63,125 nucleotides of DNA, filler included, from Octopus bimaculoides (GCF_001194135.2; 4 parts of 4 records of this genome joined end to end with filler, not necessarily neighbours in it); one strand, 5' to 3'. Shown: positions 13,875 through 27,780, counted from the first letter of the whole stretch. Made by a program: numbers and translations. The notes: a model not told the origin generated them from the letters alone.

Positions 13875-14075
13875 ATTTTAATTTCAAATTTCGTCACAAA
13901 GCCAGCAATTATAAGGGAGGGGGTAGTTAATTACATGGATCTCCAATGCTCAACTGGTATTTATTTCATCGACCGCGAAGGACAAAATCAACCACGTCGA
14001 AATTTGAAATCAGAACATATAAACTGATCACTAAGTATTTTTGCTTGGCGAACTAAATGATTCTAATAGCTCACC
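13875..14075 (-). mobile_element. Decayed SINE family B
   Basis: Reverse complement of the family B head (…gctcacc) and core (…ctggtatttatttcatcgacc…aaatttgaa). Confidence 0.65.
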
Positions 14076-15199
14076 TCGTTTATAATTTGTTTTAATTTTA
14101 GTGATATAAATGTGTATTTTCCATTTCTTCTTTTATTTCAATATGCTCATATAATGTAAGTGAATTAAGAATGTTGTGAGAATCTACATGAATATGCCCA
14201 TCTGACTAGTCCTCTTTACAATTTCTTTCCAATATTAACAAATGAAGGCATTCTTTTATAACCTTCGTTAATTTTAAATGACATTTATTGAATAAAAATT
14301 CGAAGAAAAAAAATCATTCAAAGGTACTTGTTATATTTACGTTTGAAAATATCTACTAAGGAAATCTAAGCAATAAAATATTCATATATCATCAAAACTT
14401 ACGTATCTATTTTATTTCACGATTTCATATGATAGACGACCATAGTTTAATTATTTCTCATACTTTTAGCTTATGCCAGACAATTGATAATATATAAAGA
14501 ATTTATAATTCAGATGTTTTGAACAAACAAATAACTTGTATAAGATAACTGACGACAACATACAATTTATAATGGCATAAGACATTGTGTGTGCATGCCT
14601 TTTCATATAAGCTATAAGATATATGTTTTATGAGTGCTGGTTAGCAGGTGTTCGAATCGATATTGCGCAAAACAAAACCCGTATGATTTATATTTTCGAC
14701 TCTTTAAGGCATGTATTCACATTTATTCCAACTCACTTTTGATTTTGTGCACGCTAAAGAAGAAATCAAGCAGAAATTGAGAATTTTACTCATTTTATCC
14801 TTTATTAAAAAGTGTCAATAACTGATTCTTCTAAAAGTGAAGTAAGAAATGGAAACAATTTACCATTAAATTAGAGGTAAATTCTATCCTTCATGTATCC
14901 TTGGGCAACATTTTACAGGAATACAAGTCTTCGCATGGAGAAGACATTACGGTGCTGCCGTCAGCTTCGTAGGTAGGGTGATTTATCTTTTTTCTGAATT
15001 GTTAAGTTTACATAGTAATAATTAGCATTACTAGCAAGTAAGCATTTTATGTCTCTTACATAGCGTCTAACATATATTGCTTCTGAGGCATATTCTACTT
15101 TCACACCTGACTATTTAGTAAAACACGTCGTACTTCCATCTAAAAGTTCCTCATGAATTTACGTCTCATTGTGTGTTTTGTGTTTTGTACTATTCTGAT

Positions 15200-15400
15200 A
15201 GTCACGTTTCAGTTTTGATCTCTTTCTTTATGTATTTTATCAGCCAACGAAGATGGTATCTTCCTTGTTTACTTCTTAAATCTTTCACTATCAAATGTAT
15301 TGATAGCGATGCACGTGGCCCATCCATCACCATTGGTTTTGTCTCAAACATCATTAATTTTCACGAAATGAAACATTGTAATCCCCATGTTTCTTAGAAC
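15200..15400 (-). mobile_element. Decayed RTE LINE 3' fragment
   Basis: Minus translation RQNQW*WMGHVHR matches the RTE rrrrWrWxGHvlR motif. Confidence 0.5.
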
Positions 15401-16495
15401 TGCAATAACCTCAATATTTCTAAGATTAATTATAGCATGAATTACAATGACACGAATATCTGAGAAATATGAAAGCACTCTTTAATGTGTTATACGCTCT
15501 TTTAAAGTAAATAAATAACAAGAAACCGGGTTCTATGAAATCAATAAAAAGTTTACTTACCACGGTGTATGCATGAGGTAAATGATTAAATATAGACGGA
15601 CTTATAAATGGGAGGGACCCGCGATATGTCTCTCGGCGCAACTCTGTGGAACACATGAATGTTATCCTTATAAAAGACTCAACTAAAAACATCTAAGCTT
15701 CAGCTAGTGATGCTTAACCCGAAGAAATATAAATATAGCACGTACGAAAGATGCAGTCTAAGCCAAGTGCTTTCATAGAAACTTATAATTTAATTTTAAT
15801 CGCAAGGCTTTATTTAACACGTAGCGGTGATACAAATGTCGATACTACAAAATAGTATCGAACTCAAGATATCTAGATAAGTGAACATATCAACTACACT
15901 GCAACATTTTCGTTCATAAGGTTAGATCGGTCAGTCGAATATACCATACCTATTGTTTCTTTCTTATATATTGTATATTAAATATACATCAACTTCATTG
16001 ACCCCAGCGACGCGATAACATGAAATTTTCTGCAGTTGTAATCCGGTGACTGTATATTCGAACTTACTTTTCACCCTTGCTGTGTTTCTTAAACGGGATA
16101 ACAGTCATGTACTAGAATCTGTATCAGCGACAGTATATAATTTGCTTTGTGGTCTTTTTCTTATATTGAAAAGCAATTTTGCAGTAAGATTTTGCAGTAA
16201 GTTTAGGAAGCTGTGATTGTAGCCTCTTCGAGATATTTTCAGCTTGCTAAACACATGCAAATCCCGGATCACTGGAATTGTGATTTTATTTTAATACTTC
16301 GATTACACGTACATCCTTTTATACACACACATATACACATGCACACCCACCCACGCACACATGCACAAACTCACACACGCTTACATACATATTAGTACAA
16401 ATATTTGAGTGGGCATAGACAGCATAGAATTACCTCCAGCAGTACTGTTATCGTACTAAGGATAAGTTGCATTGAAAATTCTTCTACTGCATCAA

Positions 16496-16543
<48 letters not shown>

Positions 16544-17734
16544 AAGAAAGGCAGCAAATGCAACTGAAGGCGGAACACAGATAACAATGTCCAGTTTGTG
16601 CTAGAATGAACATAGGGAATGAACGTGGTAGGGGGTGTATGAGATTTCTAGTTAGATTGCAAACATTCCAGTGAAATCGACTAAAAATGAATGTATTCAG
16701 CTATTTTTGAATTTGCTGCGTACTTCAAAAGCCAAAAGAATAAAAAGAATTTCGTTTTTAATCCCAAGGCATTGCCATTCGTAGTTTAGCAGCTTATGGC
16801 TATCTTTACCCCAAACCCTCATGTAACCTCTTTTCAAGGAATGCCTCCGAAAATATCAAAAATATCAATAAATTTCCAATTCTAATTTTGTTATTTGCCC
16901 TTCTATAAATTATAGCTTTCTCTTTTCCCCCTGGAAAATGATTATTAAAGATTCGGTATGAAATTTATTAACCGTTTATAATATCCCCCCCCCCAAAAAA
17001 AAAAGATGTTAAACAAATGTCATTGCACTTCTGAATTTCTTTTCTGATGTCTGTATTTTTAAGTTTTGTCCTAATTTAATTTAACATACAAAATGCATAT
17101 TTTCATGAACTTTATCTAATTTGATATCGCATTTCGTACTGTTATACAATAATCAACCGTAATCTTTAACATAACAGAATTTTTTGCATTTACATTGTCT
17201 TAGTTAAAGAGCAGAGGTAGTTCCTTGAGGGAAAAAGAATCAATACGGAAAGTCTGAGAATGTTGTTGATGAGGTAATTCTTCGGGCTATGTGAAGACAA
17301 ATAAATATGGAGAGAAATGAATCGGAAAGAAATTGGGGAAGTTATTTTGAGATTAGACTTAAGTGATAAGAGCCAACAAGAAATTGTTTTCTAATTGTCT
17401 TCAATGATAATTTGTCTTCATCTATTTAGTGGCATGCCAGACTATATTCCAAGATAAACATGGTGCTTTTGTTTACATGACTTCCAATCGGTTACGACTA
17501 AATGAGACTTATCATGCGAAAGCGACTGAATAAAATCAGAGCGACCTTATCAGATTTCGTTATTGTATTTGGATTGTGAAACACTTGACAGGAATTCGTT
17601 GAAACAAAACTTGGTGAAACTTAGGAGGGTCATTATGCCAATGGTATTAACAGTACGCACTGGTTTAATATCCCGTTTTAATTGTTAGTTCTGTATCGAT
17701 GACAGATCGTCTATTGTTACGGTGCTTATTAGAT

Positions 17735-17875
17735 TAGTCTATCTTTACCTTCATACTCTGTTGGATGGGGTTACCTATGCGCTTGATGCGTGCTTTCGTA
17801 CACCTCACGTCTTCTGCTGTATGACCACATGGGATTGTCCTAACTAGAATAATGATGTCATCTACATATCTACAT
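17735..17875 (-). mobile_element. Reverse-transcriptase remnant, probably Penelope-like
   Basis: Minus translation CRYVDDIIILV…GNPIQQSMKV, with RYVDD at 17857-17871. PLE versus LTR origin cannot be settled by eye. Confidence 0.45.
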
Positions 17876-19490
17876 TATGGTATTGAAGCACTATAGTGTT
17901 CATCTATGTGCACACGGCACGCTTACGCAGGTGCGCACATCGAGATAATGGAATGTACAAACATACTTAAACATTCACTGAATAACGCACATACTTACTA
18001 ATGTATGTGCACACTCACAAAACCGAATCAACCTCAAAAACACGCGCATTAGGTCATACACTCTCGCATGCTCACGCACATGTACATACTCCTAATGTTC
18101 ACACATCTCCTCCCGCCTAACTGCATAAGGAACTACACAGACAAATCTTTAGCGGATAACAAGTAAATCCTAGCTGAATACGTGTACATACATATGTATC
18201 AAGTGAAACAAATACATATACAGTTATCCTTCAAAATGAAAGTATTTTAAACTATTAATCCAAATATGTATCAAAAAATAACCAAGCATTACCTTTGAAA
18301 TATGTATGAGAGCGAATAACACAGCAGCAATTAATTATAACTGCGTATTCCGGTTACAATAACTAAATTCCATTATGTAGATGTTAAATAGAAGTTGCTT
18401 TTTATGAAGTCAAACATTACAGACATACACTACATAATTACTATATTATTTTGGAGTGTAAAATATATATGCGGAAAACATACATCTATTCTTTAATGGT
18501 TTCACACATAACGGTAATTGTAAGTAACCTTTACAAATATGCTTTACCGATACTTAGCATTTCGTTTGCAGAACACATAGACAGTCAGTTAATCTTGAAA
18601 GCACATATAATATACGCGCTTTAAGTGGCATTAATAATCTGAACAGAATTATATGGAAATATTTCTATTAGAATGTCGCAAATTAAATATATTATAAATT
18701 TTACTAACATGAAGAATACTGAAAGAAAAGAAAATTCCATATTAATGAATGAAAGTACTTCTTAGATAGACATAGTACCCTCTTTTGATTTAGCTGTTAA
18801 CAATTTAATAATCTGGTGACAATAATTTTCTATTTAGGAAATATGTTCAAGGACATTTTATATGAAGTTACAAACTGTAGACTAATAATAATAATATTCA
18901 TAGGCTACTTATTATGAACTATTTGTGCATAAAATATTTATTTAATACCAATTCATCCCACGGCTAATATGCGATGTGGTAATAGACTTATACGTATCGG
19001 CTGGATCCTATTTTATGTTTGTTATATATATGGTATCTCGTGGTTGTGATTTAATAGTGGTAGTGTGTTCGAAGTTTAATTATGATACTCCTTATATATC
19101 TGGAATGTGTTTCCATGCGAAAACGCTCAAGGTAATGTTTATAATATAAATATATTAGACAACAACAAGAGCAGAAAGCTTTAAAGGAATACACATTTTA
19201 GCATAAGAGTTTGATGGCTGAGGTATATTGTATACATTATTTTTCAAGTGACATCAGACAAAATAAGAAGGGAAAGTAATGCACTGTAAGAAACTGATTA
19301 TGCATTATAGGAAAGGTATATATTGGTATCTAAATTCGATGGTGTATTGGTTGTCATTTCTACATGGTTCCTAACACTACTAATTGGCAGATTCACAGAC
19401 ACACATAGACATAAACACGAGTAGGTGTGTAGACACACAAATACACGCGCAAACATGTAAACACACATGTACATGTCTCTCTCTCTCTCT

Positions 19491-19585
<95 letters not shown>

Positions 19586-19613
19586 CGTGCGTGTGTGTGT
19601 GTGGTATACATAC

Positions 19614-19713
19614 NNNNNNNNNNNNNNNNNNNNNNNNNNNNNNNNNNNNNNNNNNNNTTAATTAATTAANNNNNNNNNNNNNNNNNNNNNNNNNNNNNNN
19701 NNNNNNNNNNNNN
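19614..19713. other. Artificial 100-bp scaffold spacer
   Basis: 44 N + TTAATTAATTAA (stops in all six frames) + 44 N. Confidence 0.95.
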
Positions 19714-20399
19714 GGAAAAAAATAGCCATTCCTATAATTCAGAAAAGATGAGTTTTAAATCAATTTTGGGAAGAAGCTGCTCAAAAACCTACTGTTTTAT
19801 GTAACCTTTTTAAAAGTAAGTAATTATTGTTAAAACAATTTTTGTATCTTAGTTTCTGATATAGTTTAGGAAGTGTGTTTAGATATAGAGATGTATGTAT
19901 CACGCATCAGTTTCTGTAAAAATAGTGAATCACTTAATCTGAAATTTAATGAAAATAAAGACTAAAAAAAAAAAAAAAAATCCAAGTCTGCAATTTATTT
20001 GCTTAGAATTTGTTTTATAACCATTGAAGGTATCAGTTTTTCTTGAGAAATTCTAGATACTGATTTTATTTTGATTTCTTTTTTTTGTTTTGTTTTGATT
20101 CTTGTATGTTAAAGATATATTTGAGATGCATGGAGAAAAGTTTGAGGTGAATGAACAAACAAAAAAAAAAAGAAGAAAAAAAAGATTGCTTCAATGAGAA
20201 AGCTTTCAGATTGATTGCTTGAGTCGTCTTCTTCTTTAACAAGAATCTGATGAGACAGACACAGATCTTTGTCAGTTTTATTTCTTAATATCTAGTATTG
20301 GTTTACAAAATGACATCCATACTTTTAGCAAGGAAATATATATTTTTTTGTTCTGATTAATATGCAAATGAGTGAAGACTTCAGCACAAGAGGCTTGAT

Positions 20400-20720
20400 A
20401 ACCATCTTCCACAAGATTTGATTCACTGTACCTGATTACCGACAGCTCTTAAATATCTTTAGTGACTTTACTAAATATTTGCTTGTGCTCTTGATGGTAA
20501 TGATGCTTTTGCCTTCATGATTCTCTCGAGGTATGATGCTGAACTTGTTTGATAATGAAATACCTGACCCACATTTGCTTGTGCATTGTATTCATCACCT
20601 GCCTCCATTCACAGATACAGTTGCATTCGGCAAACGTACCTTTTCTTTCATTGCTGAGGATTTGGCATCAAGAGATACGTTGAACTGTGCTAATTGCAAG
20701 TGTCTGAATTTGCTGCAACT
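20400..20720 (+). mobile_element. Decayed CR1-type LINE 3' fragment
   Basis: Frameshifted remnants LHKI…LITDSS…SIH..TV…KRT resemble the CR1 ORF2 C-terminus. Confidence 0.4.
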
Positions 20721-20732
20721 CCCAACCCAGCT

Positions 20733-20880
20733 TATATATATATATATATATATAATGTGTGTGTGTGCGTGTGCGTGTGCGCGTGTGCGCGCATATATAT
20801 ATATATGCGCGCGCGCGCATATGTATGTATATGCGCGCGCATATGTATGTATATGCGCGCGCGCGCGCATATGTATATAT
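20733..20880. repeat. Alternating purine-pyrimidine array of self-complementary ATATGCGCGC…GCATAT units
   Basis: Directly visible. Confidence 0.9.
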
Positions 20881-21129
20881 AAAACAAATGGTAAATGAGT
20901 ATATGCATATATACGTACAGGTATGTGCATACCTACGTCTACCTGTATATATAGGTGCATATCTGGGTACAGGACGTTGCAAACAAAATGTAGACAAAAA
21001 AATAATAATAACCAGAGTACAGAACACACACAGGCCACATTGAGAACATTTTCCTTCATTAGCTACCCCCATTCTAACACAGGCATTTCGATATATATAT
21101 ATATATCTGATTAAATGCACGTGCCCTGG

Positions 21130-21258
21130 AACATCAAAATATACCTTAGGAATGAGAACCCAGGTTTGAAATTTCCCCAAGATGAAGGCTGGAGGGTATA
21201 TCAGCTGAAACGTGTTAACAACAAACAAGATAAGAACAAATATCCGTCAAATGTAAAA
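21130..21258 (+). mobile_element. Truncated copy of the hammerhead-bearing element, catalytic core deleted
   Basis: taggaatgagaacccaggtttgaaatttccccaa-gatgaaggctggagggtatatcagctgaaacg matches the element at 44108-44416 but lacks the stem I / CU part of the core. Confidence 0.85.
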
Positions 21259-22841
21259 ATTTCTGATATAAAATACTGAAAATATGCTGAACTTTTATAG
21301 AATCTTATAGACCTGCATGAAGTGTGTGCGTGCGTGCTTGCCTGCCTTGTTTCACTCTTGTTCAGAGACTGAGATGTATAAGAAAAGGCCAGATTTGAAC
21401 TTGGGTGAATTTATTGGGTCAGCTTTGATCAAAAAGTGTTCCAGCTTTGACCATCCTGTCTTTATAGGAGTGTTAAGACTTTGTAATGTATCCTTGTTTT
21501 TAAACGAAGGTAGTGTGTGACCTGAGATGTTTAGCTGCTATTTTCAACAGGGTGACGAACCATGAAGAGGCTCCCTTCATTCATAGTTGAGTTGATGTTT
21601 TTATTGGATAAATTTATGGGACAAACCTGTGAAACAATTTGATACTTGGATGTTTAGAAAATTATAACTCATCTCATTAATAGTTAATCACAAGCTTACA
21701 CACACGTGCACAAATACACATGTGAGTGCGATCTTGGTTTAATATAATTAGTTATACAGGGTTTGAGAATAGATTCCACCAAAGTTATTTGACATCAGTG
21801 GGAAGTCAAGTGAATGTTGTAATTTTTTTTTTTTTTTTTTTTCCCCTTTGTTCGTGTGTGTATGTGTTTGTGAAATTTTGTATATGTGTGCGAGAGAAAT
21901 CAGTACATATTCAAATTTTTATTTCCACATCATGAAGTTGTAATTTGATAAGATGGGTCATACAAGTGACCCCCACCCAAAAAAAAAAAAAAAAATTAAA
22001 AGGAAAGGAAAGAAACAGTCATTTGTGTACTACTGTCCTGAATATTTCAATATAATAATCTTGCCACACTAGGCAAGTATTGTCACCACACTGTTATTAG
22101 TGTTGTTTAATTTTCTCCAATATGTGTAAAACAAACTGGTTTGACAACATAGGCTAGCCGTTTGGATTTTTCATTTACCTCTCTGGAAAAAGAAAGAAAT
22201 AAGCCATTAGTGTTTTTGCATATAAATACGATATTTTAAAAGTAAATACAGAAAGAAAACATGATTACATATGAATTGTAATTATATAACAGTTACATTA
22301 TGGAAGTCAGTTTGGCTATTTAGAAATGAATATACAATAGCTGTTTACGTTCACGGTTTTTCAAACAGCACAATAACCTATTGTGAAGTGTCAGTGGATT
22401 TTGTACTTCTACGACCTGGTTACTAGTACAATTCCACTGCATCTCATCTGCTGAAAGCTGGTTGTTAAGAGTTGATTTGTAAGCTGAGACCTGGGGGAGA
22501 AGTCTTTACTTACTGTTTCCCCCACCTCCTTTTATTTTTCCTTTCTAGTTGCATTCAACTTAAAAAATCTAGATTACTTATGATATGAGGGTGATTCTTT
22601 TATAATTGGTCAGTTTTCCTTTTGTGTGTGAGTGAATCATTTTTTTTATTATTATTATTGAACGTTGGACCTGTGGGACATTTGTCACTTTACTCCCCAC
22701 TCCCACTGCTGTCTGTTTTTCCTGTTATCTATATGATATATTTATTTTCATAAATAGTTATTAATAGTATTCTTGTTCTCATTGGAGTGAATTTTGAACT
22801 TCTGGAGATACCATTTGCTATGCATTTATAAAATACTTCAG

Positions 22842-23057
22842 CCCTTTAGCATTTAATCCGGCTGTATCCAGGGGTGGGGGCAAATATTCTACCTGTTTTA
22901 TGTTAAAACTGACCCTATCCAGTCCCTCACACCTACTCTACATTCTTGTTCTAAAAATATACAAACACACCATTGAAGCTACAAAATATGTGATTAATTC
23001 GAAACAATATGAGTGAATAAGCAATATGTCAAACAAAGAAATCTGGATGCTGAAGGG
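22842..23057. mobile_element. piggyBac-type MITE (CCCTTTAGCATT…TGCTGAAGGG)
   Basis: Short CCC/GGG TIRs. Same family at 31996-32192, 36941-37114 and 40183-40387. Confidence 0.7.
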
Positions 23058-23141
23058 TAATATTGGTAATATCTGCCTATTATCTTATTGCTAAGATAAT
23101 ATATTTAACCATCATGGTAACACACACACACACACACACAC

Positions 23142-23292
23142 TCATGATAGGCTTCCACACAGTTTCCAATTCACTCACAAGTCATTGGTCAGTTTGGGGT
23201 TATAGTAGTAGACAAGTCCAAGGTGCTGCACTGTGTGATTAAATCCCAAATCACATGGCTATAAAGCAAGCTTCTCAACTGTTCAGCCATGC
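23142..23292 (-). mobile_element. SINE family A, head fragment
   Basis: Decayed match to the family A head. Confidence 0.7.
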
Positions 23293-24075
23293 AAAAAAAA
23301 AAAAAAAAATATATATATTTTAAACTATTATTAAAAAAAAGATAATTTAAAATAATGACAGATAGGGAAAACAATTTAATTTGAAAGTAACAAAGGATCA
23401 AGTGGTTCAAAGTTTAAAAGCGACAATACACTAGACATGCAAACCTAAATTAATAAAAAAACAATGAAAAATAGATTCATTCATACACAACAGAACACAA
23501 CTGGCCAAAACATAAAGAATTATTTTATATAATAATCTGATGCAGTGGAACAAAACTAAAGAAAACAAAGTGTTAGTTAAGAAAACACCTGAGCCTTATC
23601 AAAAATTTGTTAGTAGTCTTTTGCAGAAATATAAACAAGACTTTTTAATATTTCATAATATTATACAATTAAGACAGGTTTTTGTGTCTAGTCTCAGATC
23701 AAATTACTTGCCAAAGGAATAAAATTGAGAACCACACACATGCATGCACTCACACACAGGCATACACACGCACACGCACACTCACTCACTCACTCACTCA
23801 CTCACTCACTCACTCACTCACTCACTCGCTCGCTCGCTCGCGTGCGTGCGTGCGTGCGTGCGCGCGTGCGCGCGCGCGCATGCACACACAGACACTATTT
23901 GAAAATATGGAAGTCTAACAACAACCATAAATGTTATCATGTGTTTTCAGAACTTCAGCATCAGACTTTTTTATTATTTTACTTCATACTGTTACTGTTG
24001 TAAAGAGATAACAAAATGACTACAGATGAAGCATGCACATGTAATAAACACACACATACTCACACACTCTTTTTT

Positions 24076-24109
<34 letters not shown>

Positions 24110-24712
24110 AATGTATGTACTCTATAAGATATGCAGAAGAGCGGCTGTGCCCATGACCTTTGCAAGTCCTCTGAGATTGCTGAGATGCATATGGTTGCTG
24201 GTCAACCTGGCCTCTTGAGAAAACATGACCTGAGAGAAGATTTCAGAGAATTGCAGTTCTGGAAATGAAGGTTGGGTCGGGAAAAGGAGTCACAGTGAGG
24301 GTAACAGGGGAAGGAAAGTACTTTGTGCATTAGAGGTTGGAGCTTGTTATGGACACTCACATATCCACTCGGTCACACACACACTCACCTCTATACTCTC
24401 ACATCATCAGTCCACATTCGTGTTTTTCTATTTTTTAACATGCTGTCAAGTGTTGGGTGTGTTTCACACCATCTTGCCACTTGTCACAATCATTTGGAAT
24501 ACATAGCAAGAGAAAACTGACCATCTTTTATGTATATATCATAATTTTTGCCATGGGTTTTAACTCTTTGGCGTTTAAACCGGCCATATCTGGCCTAAAT
24601 ATTATACCTGCTTTTTGTTCAAACTGGCCAAATCTAGCCACACACACACACACACCTACTCTACAGTGTCATTCATCATCATTTAACGTTTGTTTTCCAT
24701 GTTGGGTTAGAC

Positions 24713-24945
24713 CAGTGGTTCTCAACCATTTTTTGCCTGTAGACCTCTTTGATTCCTATTTTACTCTATTGGACCCTCATAGCCATTCAGTGTTAAATAA
24801 AGATCCTATTATAGTTTCAGAATCAAATATCATTAACAATTTTTTAAATACAATTCCTAAAGTATTTTGTGTATTGTAAAAGTATAACCAATAAATTTTA
24901 ATAAAATCTTGCATGGACCCCCAAGGGCCATATAGACCCTGGTTG
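24713..24945. mobile_element. hAT MITE, right TIR truncated
   Basis: Begins cagtggttctcaacc. Same family as 28149 and 28813. Confidence 0.75.
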
Positions 24946-25894
24946 TATATTGTTACTCTTTCTGTCCTTTTCCTTTTGCTGCCATTATCTCCTCATTCCT
25001 GTCTACCTAATTCTTTGAACTTTAGGTATGGTCAGAACATTCACAATAATTAACTTGGGAGGTGGACCATAGTCTTTCTATTCTTCTCTGGTTCTGTCTT
25101 GGGTCATTGATCAGTGACAACTACCTTCAATGGGTTATTCAAATTACCCCCTATACTTGATCACTGACTGCTACCTTCAATGGTTTATTCAGGTTACTAC
25201 CTGTACTTTTTGTACTCATTTTATTAACAATCTCTTGTACTCTTTTCATTAATGATTTCTTTTAATGGCTAAGTTTACCTGTATGCCTCTTTAGAGGACA
25301 TAAATACCATAAAGTATTTACATAAGTATAGAAATGCTTGTGCACACATATGTATGCATATGCAATGAGCTTCGACACAGTTTCCATTTACCAAAATTCA
25401 CTTATAAGGTTATGGTAGAAGATATTTGTTTCAGCTGCAGTGTACTCTGAACAAACCTGAAACTGGTTGTGGCTCATGCCGGTGTGTATGTAAATGTTGT
25501 GTGTAATTGTTGTGTGTGTACGTATGTGCTGTGTGTGTCTGTATATATAATGTAGTAGTACTAGCAAAGTGCTTATCTTGTAGGATAATTATAATTTTTA
25601 AAGCTTCCATTATTTCAAGTTTTTTATGGGAAGGGGAGCACATCAGCGAAATGTGTACACACACACACACACAGCTATATATAATTCATTTTTAAGACTG
25701 TCAGTTTCATTAATTATGAAGTATATTACCATTTTCTATTTTTTTACAAAGTAGAAGAATGACAGTTTTGTTCCATGATTGGATGGTCTGGCAAGTTTTG
25801 GTAATAAACATTTGGTGTGGCTGATTTATAGTATGAGGCTGAAGGTTGAAGCAATCACTTACAACAATTTACTTGAGATCATAACAATGTTTGT

Positions 25895-26151
25895 GGAGGC
25901 GCGTGGCTTAGTGGTTAGGGTGTCAGCATCATGATCGTAAGATTGTGGTTTCGATTCCTGGACCGGGTGACGCGTTGTTTTCTTGAGCAAAACACTTCGT
26001 TTCATGTTGCTCCAGTCCACTCAGCTGGCAAAAATGAGTAATGCTGCGATGGACTGGCGTCCTGTCCAGCTGGGGAACACATACACCATTGAAACCGGGA
26101 AACCGAGCTCATGAGCCTGGCTAGGCTTTAAAAGGGCGCATTTATTTTTTT
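25895..26151 (+). mobile_element. Young tRNA-derived SINE (family E) with 14-bp TSD
   Basis: A box tggcttagtggtt and B box gtttcgattcc. TSD ataacaatgtttgt at 25881-25894 and 26152-26165. Confidence 0.9.
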
Positions 26152-26454
26152 ATAACAATGTTTGTTGTTGACCTTAAGTGGGACCCTTTATGGTTGTCTT
26201 GTCTGCTTGTCTCCTTCTCAGATCATGCTGTACCATTGTAAAAAAAAAAAAAAAATGTGGAATACACACCAAGACAGTGCAGTGTCTTACATGGAAAAAA
26301 GAAAAAAATGGTGGGATGGTCATGACTAGATTGCCTTTCATCATAATCTTGCTTGATTAGAGTTGGTCTGGGCTATACCAGAACATAATGTTTACAATGA
26401 TAGAAGTTATAAAATGTGTGGGCTTGAAGAGTAAACTTAAAAAAAAAAACAGTA

Positions 26455-26572
26455 CATTGCGTGGCACCTTGGGCAAGTGTCTTCTACTATAGCCTTGGGC
26501 TGACCAAAACCTTGTGAGTGGATTTGGTAGACAGAAACTGAAAGAAGCCCGTTGTATATATGGATATGCATG

Positions 26573-26624
<52 letters not shown>

Positions 26625-26810
26625 TCCCCCCAACATCACTTGACAACCGATGCTGGTGTGTTTACGTCCCCGTAAATTAGCGGTTCGGCAAAACAGACTG
26701 ATAGAATAAGTACTAGGCTTACAAAGAATAAGTCCTGGGGTCGATTTGCTCGGCTAAAGGCGGTGCTCCAGCATGGCCGCAGTCAAATGTCTGTAACAAG
26801 TAAAAGAGAG
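26455..26810 (+). mobile_element. SINE family A, 5'-truncated, little diverged
   Basis: gcgtggcaccttgggcaagtgtcttctactatagcc…ggcggtgctccagcatggccgcagtc…aagtaaaagag. Confidence 0.9.
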
Positions 26811-27246
26811 TAGCCAGAAGACAAAAATAAAATTTTTAAAAAAAGACTAAAAGCTAATAGATTTGGTGATAATGTGATGAAGTATTGAGAACTTATTTTG
26901 TGACTTTTGAAACATCAAATAGATTACACGTGTTGGTATTTAAGCTAATAGTAATATGATGGGAGTAAGCCTAATGATGGCTTGAGATAAAGTGTTTAAG
27001 TCCGATATTGAAATGTAACATTGCAATAAGAAAATAGCGAAGCATGGGGATGGTATGAGGAAAGTTACTTTACTGGCCTGTTCCACTCAAACCGATGATG
27101 ATGCGTGATATTTTTTGTCATACATTGTTCTTTGTTATACAACATGGCCATTGAAAATAGCAAGCTGAAGTAGTTGGAGATGTTTAGTGTTTTGATCTGA
27201 TTTGCTCTTTTTACAATTTATCTGTGATTTGACTTCTGTTCAACAA

Positions 27247-27418
27247 GTGCAGGCAAAGCTTTGTGGTTAAGAAGTTCACTTAACACAGCCATGTGGTTCT
27301 GGCTTTAATCCTATTAAGCAGCGTCTTGAGCAGGTATCTTCTATAATAGCCCCAGGGGTAACTCGAACCATGTGAGTGAAGTTGAGTAGACAGAAACTAT
27401 AGAAGCTTGTTGAATGAA
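27247..27418 (+). mobile_element. SINE family A head, decayed
   Basis: Degenerate head and body match. Confidence 0.65.
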
Positions 27419-27780
27419 CTGTGCCTGGTCTTGAGCAGTAGATTTGGTCTAACACTGGTACCTGATCATCATCATCATTATTTTAATGTCTGCTTTTCTG
27501 TGCCTGCATGGTTCAGACAAAATTTTTTGAGGCACATTTTCTTTAACCTGATACCCTTCCTGTGTTGCCAACCTTCACTTGTTTCTAAGTTATTATATCC
27601 CCTAACCTGTGTCTGGATATGTTTCAGCAGAATAGAAGTAGACAACACTGCTTGTATAATGGTGACACTCATTTACAACTCGTGCAGTGTCAAGATGAAG
27701 TGACATTAATGCACATACACACATACACGTACACACACTTTATCTGTCTACCCCTCTGTCACTCACACACACACACACAT

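Noticed and set aside
25095-25200. Two-copy tandem repeat of about 55 bp
   Set aside because: Ordinary local duplication with no spacers, so not CRISPR-like. No CRISPR array was seen anywhere in the window.
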